53,849 nt of DNA, from the NCBI GenBank assembly GCA_018398765.1, contig JAHBMJ010000151.1:1-53849 (forward strand), given 5' to 3'. Below are positions 15,301-26,618 of this stretch, one piece after another; within the stretch, counting starts at the first letter, position 1, and the number at the start of each line of letters is the position of its first letter. Below the pieces are notes generated by a model. It was not told where the DNA came from, made no database searches, and saw only the letters and a list, made by a program, of their open reading frames with translations. This DNA is from Chromera velia. Taxonomy: Eukaryota. Made by a program: the position numbers and the translations under genes.

Positions 15301-18300
15301 CTATCTCTCTCTGTTGTCAGAAGGGAGGCAAGAAAAAGAGAAATAAAAAAAGAAAGAAGCAAAGACAGACGGACAGACAGAAAGAAACACACACACACAC
15401 ACAGAGAGAGAGAGGGGGGGGGGGGGGGGNNNNNNNNNNNNNNNNNNNNNNNNNNNNNNNNNNNNNNNNNNNNNNNNNNNNNNNNNNNNNNNNNNNNNNN
15501 NNNNNNGGGGGGGGGGGGGGGGAGGGAGAGAGAGAGAGAGAGGGAGAGAGAGAGAGGAAGAGAGAGAGAGCGAGAGAGAGAGTGAGAGAGAGGGAGAGAG
15601 CGACAGACATCGGGTTCTTCCAGAGAAGAGTCGCGCCCTATGCCTAGGGCGGCATCCACGTGCCTCGTGAAATCGTTCGAGTACGCCGACAGCCTCTCAA
15701 CCGACTGGTCGCCCATGGACACCACGTGCCGGAGACGGGCCCCCACCTGCGTGAATACGTTGATATGAAATTGATTCCATTATGCAGACAAGCACATACA
15801 CCAACACAAAAACATCTGAATCAATCAATAAATCAACCAATGAATACACCGCCTGGACGACCTGTGGGGGAGAGCACACCTTCTTCCATTTGTATTTGTA
15901 TGTCATGCCTCTTTATGTATTGACATGGGGATTTACTTGCCTGCATGAAACGTCGTTTATTTGACATCATCAAATTACATAATAAATACGTATGAGGGAG
16001 GGAAACGCGTACGAACCAACCAACCTGCATCTCTGTAATGATGTGCGTTCCGAAGACCTTAAAGAAGGTCTGGTACTTCAGGAAGTTCGCCGAACATGTT
16101 TCTGTGGCTCCACAGACCTGAGAGCAAGAGAGCGCAAGGTGAGCGATTGAATTCGAGAACGGTCGCGATCATGCTTGTGCAGCTGCAGAGCCCACACACA
16201 CAAGCAGACAGCTCAAGGGCAAAGGAATGAACTCAAAAGCTATGCATGCGTTGATCAGAGACATGCATGAACAAACACACACACACGCACCTGCTGGCAG
16301 GTGGTGCTGCCGGTTAGGTTGGGCACGTTGATCACCCACTGGTCGAGGCCGCCGACTTCAGTGCGTCTCTTCACCTGCACGCCAGAGAGAGCCAGAGCAC
16401 CAATAAATGGCCACGCGGGCAGAAACATACATGCATACGTGGATCGAGAAAGGGATACCACCAGGGCGGAGAAAAACAAATGCGTCAATATAACTTTACA
16501 GACTCTCTCCTCCTCTGCTCTCCTTTTACGGATGTAGCAAGTGAGGCAGTCAGGGTACCGAGTCGGATGGATGCGAGTGTATGTATCCACTCTGCATGAG
16601 TGAGTGAGTGAGTGGCTCAGTTACTGCATGTACACATTGCAGACTCGAGTCTGCATGGGGCTCACGTTCTCTCACGTACCTCGTCAGCCGACAGGGTGCC
16701 CGTCACATTCAGTCTATACCACTTGATGTCTTGCCCAACGTTCCCTGACTCGTCTTTAAGTCGGTAGAACCTCGTCTGACCTGCATGCATGCATGTATGC
16801 ACACTTGTTTGAATGTTTTTTTCAACACATGCTTTGCGGGAGGGTGGAAGCAATCCAGGTAAAAAAAACCACGAAACACAGACAGTTCTCTCTTTCAGGC
16901 CTGGGGTCTCATTCCTCCCTCCCTCCCTCCGGCTTTCTTACCAGGCGAGTCGGCCAGCGCCGGGTCGTAGCACTCGCAGAATGCGTGCTTCGTGAAGTCC
17001 GTGATCTGCTCGGAGCAGCGGGTGGACTCGGACTTCTCGGGGTCCGAGAGAATGTGGGACGTCAGCTCTCGGTACCTGCATTCACCCATCCATCCATCCA
17101 TCCGTCCATACACTGCTTCTTTCTGCTAGTGAGACGCAAATATGCACGCACGCCTGTGCCTGTCTATTTCCTTGACATTGGCTCTAGAAGAGCAAGAACA
17201 GATCGATCGGAAAGAAGGACGGCGGTTGCTTCCCAGAATCTAATTGATTGTGTGTGAGTGTTTTTTTTTTTTACACTCATAGGCAGAGTCTCATGAGTAC
17301 CGTCCGACAACAGACACGCAGAAACCGAAATGCAATAGAAAAGCAGCGCACCCAGTCACTCAACGAGACGTACGGATCACGAAAAATAAGTTGACTTGCC
17401 GTCTGCACTGCTTTTTTCAGTCCTGGCGCTTCGCAACCCAGAAGGAATAATCTGATGAAGTGGGGCGGTCAGTCAACCAAACAACCCATGCACTCACGCA
17501 CATGCAGTCACATGCAGTGACTACATGACGTACCCACCGTTTGCACTGCTTGCAGTCCACGTATTTCTGAGGAAGGTCGAGGAGGGCCTTGACGACCTCC
17601 GCCGTGGGTCTCCAGGGGAGGTAGGGGGAGAGGGCAGCCTTGTAGACGACACAGTAGGCGACCTGCTGGAACTCTGTCTCCTGGTTCCGCGAGATGGTCG
17701 CGGTCTGGTTAGATTTATGCAGTTCATGCATGCAGAGAGAATTAAGGGGAAGAACTGGGAAGAGAGAATTAGTGAAGTCTTGTTCGCTGATTCCCGCATC
17801 GATACATTCTACGCATGCATGGGCAGACACATTGTACATTTCGACACACTCACGCACTCACTCACTCTTTCTCACACACACAGACACACACTCACACGCA
17901 CATGCACGCGCACACACGCACATGCACACGCACACTCACACACAAACACACACGCGCACGCACGCACATGCTCTCACGCAAGTACACGCACACGAACACG
18001 CACGCTCGCACGCAAAAACACGCGCACGCAGGGCCTCTCTTTTTCAATGAAACCGGAATGGGGCCTCTCCCTTGGTTCCGCCTCTGCATAGTCTCTTTTG
18101 CATCCCAGTCTGTCCCACAGAAAAAAGTCCGCATGCCACCAAGGTCAGGAGGTGTGTCTTGTGCTTCACGGACATCGTTTTTCCTTTGAGGCGGCACCGA
18201 CCTTCGATTGCGCTTGAACGCGCGAACGAACCGACAAATGAGAGATTCATGCATGCATGTGCGTAGCAAAAAAGCCAGTGAAGGGCCGGCATCAAGAGAC

Positions 18301-21300
18301 CCGGCTCCTTCGATTGTCAGCGACTGAGTGCGCTCTTGAAAACAGCAGGAAGAGGTTCTCAATTATAAATGACAGGAGAGCAAAACAACCCAACGGACCC
18401 ACCTCCGACGACTGCGCTTCAGTCTGCCCCCCACTCGCTGAAGCCGAGAACTGCATACAGCACAGACATGCAAACAGAAATGCACTGATCTATCAATGGA
18501 CACACACAGGGAGCAGAAACACACCTGGAAGCCTGCGAATCAACAGAGATAGACGTTCAGACCCTGCGCCCCGCCATGAAGATTCTCGACGTCGCAATCA
18601 GTCCATTTTCCCGACTTCTAATGAATTGAATGATCTGATTTCCACTATGAAATAAACCAGTGAAAAGAAAATTCATCAATGAATTTCATGTAGAGAGACA
18701 TGCCTTGCCCGCCGCTACAAAGATCCCCGTGAGCGCAAGACTCGCCCCCGCGTTGTGCTCTTCGAAACCGCTACTGGCAGATGTTACGCCTTGCGCGTCC
18801 GAAATTTCCTGCAGGAGAGAATACACGCAGACCATGCGATTCTTGAAACACCTTATATATTTGACAAACACCATGCAGACATGTTTTCCCCTCAGTCAAT
18901 TGGAGATTGGACATTCCACCAGCTCCCGAGATTTCGGGCAATAAAAAAGAGACCCGGATGCAGACATCATAGGATCGTATGTACATCGATCGAAGTATCC
19001 AGAATCCTGTTTCTTAACCGACTTTTTCCAGACCAAGCACGCCTTCAACGTGAAGAGTCCCCCCTTCTGCGCCAATGCATACGCAAAAGCTACTTTTTTC
19101 TTCGACAAAAACAAAGATAGAGAAGAGGCGAGCAGTGATCCATCTGCTGAGCATGCCAAAATTAACTGATCGATCTACCTGCATCTGGTTGCTCCTGTAG
19201 CACGCGTATGTGGGGAGCAAATGGGCCTCCGTTGGTTTGTTCCACTTCCCGTCCGCAGAGGTCTCCCCCTCCCACGAGAGACCGATCGCGGGACTGCGGA
19301 ACCCCGGGTCAATCAGGCCCTTGCCCGACTCCTCCCCCCACACGTTGCCCTCCATGATGTCGTACCTGCAAGCAGGCACGTATATGAAGGGAGGGATCCG
19401 GGGAGGGGAGGGATGCGTCCCTGCAGGCATGCATGCATTGATGGATGGACTCATTACGTCTCTCCTGCACCCATGACGATGTAAGGAAGTCGAAATTCAA
19501 TCTGGGGGAGAATTTTCAACTGAAATGCTTCCACGCATGCACTCACCCAAGACCGAGGTAATCGATGGAGGGGGGTCTGTCTCCGTCTCCCTCCTCCCCC
19601 AGTTCGGCGTCGTGCCAGCTCTCAGGCCTGTAGGTGGCGGTGGTTGTGGTGGAGGTGATAGAGGGGTCGCTCTCCGTCTCTGCCCCCGAGTCGAGCTGCA
19701 CGGCTGCCGCCCTGTGCCCCTTCCGCTTTCTTCCTGCATGCATGCATGCAGTGGGACTTGTTTACTTTTCTCGATCGGGTTCATAGAGGATTGCCATGAA
19801 GATTCTGAAGAACACACAAGAATGAAAACGCGATTTCCTGACTTGTAGATCTCTACTCCTTACCGATTGCTGATTCCAACCATGGTTCATTCCAGCATGC
19901 ATGTGTCTTCTCCTGCATGTTCCAATCAGGCGTCTGCCCTTAAGTCCTACACGCCCATTCTCAATTTCCCGTGCATGAGCTGCACCGTAGTGCTCCGACA
20001 AAATAAACTCGCATTTTGTGGGTTTATGAAAAAACATCTATATCATACATACATGCATGCACTCAATTGTCTACCAACCTGCTCCCCGATGCCCCGCGTG
20101 GTGGGCCGGGGGGTGGCGGATGAGGCTGCGGTCGGACAGAGAGTCCAGCTTCTCTCTGTGGTGCTCGTGCATCTTCTGAATGAGCATCTCCGGAGAGAGA
20201 CCGAAGGAATCCAGAGTGTCCCCAAGACTCGCGAGGCCGCCCTTCTCCTTCTCGCGCCTGCCTGACTCTGCCTCAGAATCTGCACGCAGGCTTATTTAAA
20301 TTTGTGAGTTCTTCTGGAGGGTCTCTATAGGATTGTCTCTTTCGGTCATCCGTTTTTTCTCTTTCGGTCACCCGTTTTTGAAGACTCTGTCCACGCTTTT
20401 CATCTATGGCCTTGCTGATTGCTTGTCAATTCGGAGCGGAAGAAAGCAGAAAAGGGGCGCTTGACGTAGCTCACCTTGAGAGGCGTTAAAGAGAACCTCG
20501 ACCTTCGAGTGCGATCTGAACGTCTTTGCCTTCGTCTTCCCCTCCTGCTCGCCCTGCTTTTCAGCTTCTCCCTGGGAGAGCATGACGGACGGCTTCAGGG
20601 CGGCTTCAGCACCCTCCGACAGACCGGGGGTCAGCCAATTGGCCTCCCCTACTGTCTCTGCAGGTCGGTAGCACCCCAAGAAGCCAAAGTGGGCCTCGAA
20701 GCAGCACTTCATCAGCCCACATCTGCACATGCACGGAAGGGCAGGTGGATGGTATGAGAGAGAACAATATATGATGATACGAGAACGGTGATACAATCAT
20801 GCATGGAGCGCGCAGCGCGCGGGACATGCAGTAGGGTGGGTGCACCTGCATGTATGTACAGAAAAGAAAGGAGGGCAGTCGGGCCCCGACTCTCCAACAT
20901 CCTTCCTCAATCGATGGTTTCTGCGCCAGGGCCGGGAGGAGGAGGAGAAAAAATACACAATTCATTTCGTTCAGAGGGGAAGCTCGTCTCTCTCGGAAAG
21001 GCGCCCTCTCTTTTTTTTTCTTCAGACAGACTTCACAAAGCCGACGATTCCGACTGAATCGTTTGACTCTCAATGAAGCATTCACGTGCATGCATGAGAG
21101 TAATTTAGAAGCTCTGAAAACCTGGACGCAGTGCGAGCTCTCCTGCAGGCTTCTTTCTGGGACAACGTCGACGTCCGGTTTTTGGAACAAATACAAATGA
21201 AAGAAACCGAATGCATCCATGCATGCCTTCATTCTGCTTCTCCTTCTAGTCTTCCCTTGAGTGCGCACCCAAACCACTACACCAAATGAAGACCCCAACA

Positions 21301-23774
21301 AAACGATGCACCCCCCCCTCAACACACACATACATGCATACCCACACAGAAAAAAAGAAAAAAGAGAGAACGAACAAACAAACAGACAAACAAACGGACT
21401 CCTCCTGCTCCTTCTTCCAGTCTCCCGTGAGGAGCGCGTCTTTGTTGTAGAAGAAGGCACCGCAGGGGACGCGCTTTTTCACGTCCAGCTGGCACTGGGG
21501 GTTCACCTGCAGCATGGATTCATGATCGATACGTGCAGAATTCAGAGGATTAATTCGTTCCTCTGATGCATCCATCATCATTCAAGAGGAGACTCCTACT
21601 CGGACAGGACAGGCACACGTCAAACCGCCTGTCAGTGACACGGAAGAAAATGAAGCAACGCCCCCCTTGCGATCGCTAGAGCCTGCAGCAACAAGCGTGG
21701 TCACTAGCTCAATGTGACCTTTCTTCAATTCATTCATATTAATATGTCGTGAATGCCGCGCCCTTCCGAGGCCGGCCATCCTTCCGCAGCTTTGCAAATT
21801 ATAGTTCCTCAGTTTTCTGATGAATGTCAATTCCCATGTATAACCTCATGAACCCTCGATCCCTCCTACCTCGAACGCCGTCTCCTTCAGAACGATCCGG
21901 CCGCAGCTGCGTCCGTCCCTCTGGAGTTCGAACATCTCGGGGCACGTGCACCTGCACTCCATGCATTTGTGTGAAAACATGTTTCACTTCCTTCATCCAC
22001 GGGATCAACTCTTTTTCATCAACATTTGAATTTCAAGCGCATGCATGTGAAAACAATACATTCATGCATATTTCTTCACCCACCTCTCAGCCTACTTAAG
22101 TTTGCGCGTGCATGTGCATGTATGTAGAATTACATGCATGCGAGTTCGTCTTCGAGCGGAACCAGGGGAAGGAAGACCTCTTCTTAATTCAATGCCATCC
22201 ATATGCACACATACATGAATGTAAACACGATGTTTGCATATCTGTACATCTTCATTTTCTCCGCTGCCCCACGCACCTTGCCCTCGTGTTGGTCTGCACG
22301 TTCGTCTTCTTGTCGAATATGGGCACCAACTCGCAGCCCCCTTTGCAGCCCCTCACAGTGCACCTATCCAGGTACACATCCTCACCAACAAAACTGCAAG
22401 CAGCACAGAGAGGCGAAGAGATGCAGGCATCAGTCATTGGTCGATGCCAAGGAACAGCAAAGTTGCATTGACCTTTAGTCATTCACATGAATATCTGCGT
22501 AAAAAGAGAGACTGCCGGACTTCCTCGACCCCTCTCCGGAAAGACAGACAACCAGACTAAAATTTTGAAGGAAGAACACTGCATCAATCAATTAATTAGT
22601 CAACGCTGAATGAAGAGCTGGATGGATGGATGGATGGAAGGAGAGATCAAATGCATTGACCGAGAGGGCCCTCCTTGCACTGACTTTGCTCGCGGCTTGG
22701 GGGGGAACTGTGCCACTCGGCCGTTCTGCGCCTGTTCAATCCAACCCCCCCCCGCGTAGTTCCAAGCCTTCCCCTGGAACGCCCCCGTCAGGCCCTTCAC
22801 TGAGAACGAAGAAGGAAACCAGGCGTCCTTGCTCAGAGCCTTCACCCTCAAACCGTTCACCTGCAGACCTCACATTAATTTCAATACGGTCTACCTAGCT
22901 TCGTTCGCACCCCTACATACATGCACCCTTGCAAAGGAGACAGAGAAAACAAAAAAAAGGATGGATGAATCGGGAGCCATTCCTCGTTCATTGCTCAGGG
23001 GATATCTTACAAGGTTCGTCGAAACATGTACGACAGAGACGAAACCAAAGAACGTGGATTGAACAACGCCAATTAATCTGACCAAGAAACTACACCCATG
23101 CTTGCATGCCATACCCCCCCCGGGCCACCCATGCACCCACCTTGAACTCCGGGTCTTCCATCAATTCAGGGAATGTCAGCTCCAGCCAGCCGCTGCCCTT
23201 CCCGGGCGTGCCGATATGGTCTTTGGTCAGCACGAAGGGCTTCGAAAGGCACCTGACAGTTTATGTGTGTAAATCATACTATCAACGTGTATATGCGTAT
23301 ATGAAAGTATGTGTATGTGTGTACATTGTACAGCACGGAATTAAGGGCTTCGAGAGGCACCTGGAGGCCATGCAAGGATCATTAAAATCTGTTGTTTTTT
23401 ACTCCTGCATGTCATTTAATTTGCATGGTGCTCTCTGTTTTCATGACAGAGGGAGGAAGGGACGAAGGGGCGGGAGGGAGGGAGGGTGACTCGCAGGCAA
23501 AAAGTGATCGAGGCATGTTTCTTTTTTCCTTCTTGTTTTACGTGTTCCTGATAAATCGTAACAAACATCGAGAAAAGAAAAGGAAAAACATGCACAAAAA
23601 GGGAGCCAAAAAAAGTCATGCAGCATGAAAAGAAAGAGAGAAAGACACATACAAACCTGGAGGGCGCCTCGCAGGCGTATACTTCCACTGGGCCTGCGCT
23701 CGCACAGTCGGCCGACTGGGAGTGGGTCGACACGTGCAGTGCGAGCTTCGGTCCGATCTGCACACACATGCGCG

Positions 23775-23816
<42 letters not shown>

Positions 23817-26568
23817 GACACACAGACAGACAGACAGACAGACTATATGTTTCTTCTTCTTCTCCCTTCTTTTCTTCATGAACACAACAGACAAAAGGAA
23901 GAAAGAACAAAGACAAAAGAACAGCACCAACAATCAAACAGCGTGGGCAGGGGGCCCGAAAGGTGAGAGTTAAGCGCCCCTTGCCTCTCCACCTCCCGAC
24001 AGACTTTCACGTGATCACTGGTTTCACACGCTACCAGACAGACACACACACAGACAGACAGACAGACACAGACAGACAGACAGACAGACAGAGTGAGAGA
24101 TAGGGGGAGAGAGAGAGAGAGAGAGAGAAGAGAGAGAGGGAGGACCTATCAGAAGCTGACTGACGTGGTTTTGAATTTTTCTTACTTGAAAGCTGATTCC
24201 TTTTTGGGCAGATACGAAGCAAGATTTGGTTCGTCGCTTCACTGACTTTTCACCAATTTGTGTTCTTTGGTAAGACAAATTAAGGGCATGCAGACTAGCT
24301 GACATGCAGAGAAGAGTCTGTGAATAAAATCGTCACTTCGATCGATGCATGACTCCCCCCCGGCCGACCTCATTAGAGACGAGCACGGTCAGTGAGTGTT
24401 GGAGAGAAGGCAGAGCGAGAGAAACATACACAAAGGAAAAGATAAATCCTGACACACAGAAAGGCCAAATACGTATGCGAAAACCCATCCATCCATGCAC
24501 ATGCATGACCGCATGCACGTGCGCACGTTGTGATCAGGGAAGAAGCAGCCGAGGTAGTCGGGCCGTGCCTCGAAGCAGCACCCGAGGGCCTCGCACTCAG
24601 CCTGCTGGGGCTCCCAGTCTCCCTTCCACAGGGCCTCTGGGAGGAACTGGAGAGCACCGCACTCTTTCCTGTCCCCGATCTCCACGTTCCTGCGCGAAAG
24701 CACATGCAGTGGGCCATTGCAACAACTTTATCTTTATTCTATTCACAGATAGATGTGAATCTACATGACGCAACGGTGGGACAGCAGGACCCCGCGCTAG
24801 TCTTTTTGGTCCCCTATGTCCCTGCACCTGCAGGGACGCTGAATAGTCACGAGCAGTCAGCAGATGTTCTGCTGCATTCAGCAGATCTGTGACCTCTTCC
24901 TGTAATTCGTGTACACGTCTCTTTGTCTCGTATCCATGCATCTGCAGTGAATCGTCTCCGAGCGTTCTGTCCCGAACGACCCTCCTTTTTCGGGCCTTAC
25001 CGGGCAGCATGCCATGCAAATAAATATTGATATATGTAGAGAGAGAGAGGGAAGGGAAGAAAATGTGCCCATTGACGGACCCGCATTCGTTCTTACAAGC
25101 CCCCCTTTTGGGAGTCGATCGCACTTATCCAAAAAATCTCGCGAGCACCGGACAAGTACACACCCATGCATGTACATAGCCCGACACACGCATGCATGCA
25201 TGAATGCCTGCAGGGCTGAACTACCTACCGGCACTCCGGCACAGTGGCGAGTGCCCTCCTGGGAATGTTCGTGTACCCGCACGTGCGCTGGTCTTCCATC
25301 AGCTCCATCCCTGTGGAAGAGCAGAAGCACTCTGCCTCGTCGAAGCGGTGCCTGCCCGCGGCGTCAAACTGCCCCCTCTCTCTGCAAGCAACAATTAATC
25401 CATTCGAGGGAGCTAGAACCCTACCGGGAGATTTATGCAGACATATTTCTTAATTCATCAAGAGAAAAAAAAACAATGTCTCTGTCCACCCAAAACGAGG
25501 TAGAGAGAATTAACTGGACGCATCCGAACCAACCCCTTTATGGCATGTGCCCCCCCCCTTCACTCCTTTATTGCATGTGGATAGACTTTTCTGCTTGGGG
25601 TAAGGCCGCACAGTAGTTGCATGCTCATACAAAACAAGAAGTACCCATTTCTTTGTCTGTTTTTGCACGAAGAAAGTTGTGGATAAAGAGAGAAAAAGAC
25701 AGTAAGAAAGAAAGAAAGAAAGCAGGGAGCAAAGAAAACACAAAGGAAAGAAAGAAAGCAGGACGGAAGGAAGGAGAGACAAGCAGACAGACAGAAAGCG
25801 ACCCCATGCTTTCACTCTGACCTGCATTGGTCCGCACACCCCGCGGTCAGGCATGCGCTGAGATAGACTCTCCCCCCCACCCACAGCGGTTTGGGGTCAG
25901 AAGGGTACCTCGCAGTCTCCGCAGCAGTGGGGGGACCCCGGGTGGTCAGCTCACCTGCCGTCTCGGTGCCCCCCTTCTCCAGCCACCCGTTCCCCGGGAA
26001 GTTCCAGGAGCGTCCCTTGAAGGCCCCACTGAGGCCCTCCACTACGAACCTGTCGGGGAACCAGGCGTCTCCAGAGTCCGACACCAGCTTCAGTCCGCTC
26101 ACCTTGAAGTCGGCGTCCTGAGCGAGCTCCGGAAAGTTCACGATCTTCTTAGGGCTGTCCTTACCAGCCTGCAATAGCGAGGACGCAGAGAATCCCCCCT
26201 CTCTCTCTCTGTGTGTGTGTGTGTGTATGTGTGTGTGTGTGTGTTTGTGTGTGTGCGCGAGTGCAAGGAGACAGCGTTCTGTCTCGAGAAGCTGACTGTC
26301 GTCTACTTTCCCCGTCGAAGAAGAAAAATTGTAATATCCACCTGTCCGTGAAATCTATTCACACAAAAGAAAACAAGCGCCTCCGTAAAAACAAAAGCAC
26401 ACCACTGCATGCTCTCCTTGGAAAAGGTATAAAGCAGACGACACTAAAACGGGAAAAACATGCTTAGTTGCACACACAAAAAGACATCCAAGGGTAATCA
26501 AAAACAAGGGCAAAACAAAAAAGAGGAGGACGCGACTCCCCTTGTCACCATAGGCCACAAACCACACA

Positions 26569-26618
<50 letters not shown>

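Noticed and set aside
25858..25884. Possible 27-nt micro-intron
   Set aside because: A 51-nt intron (25858-25908, AG|GTACCC donor) or in-frame read-through explains the junction equally well; it cannot be resolved without RNA data.
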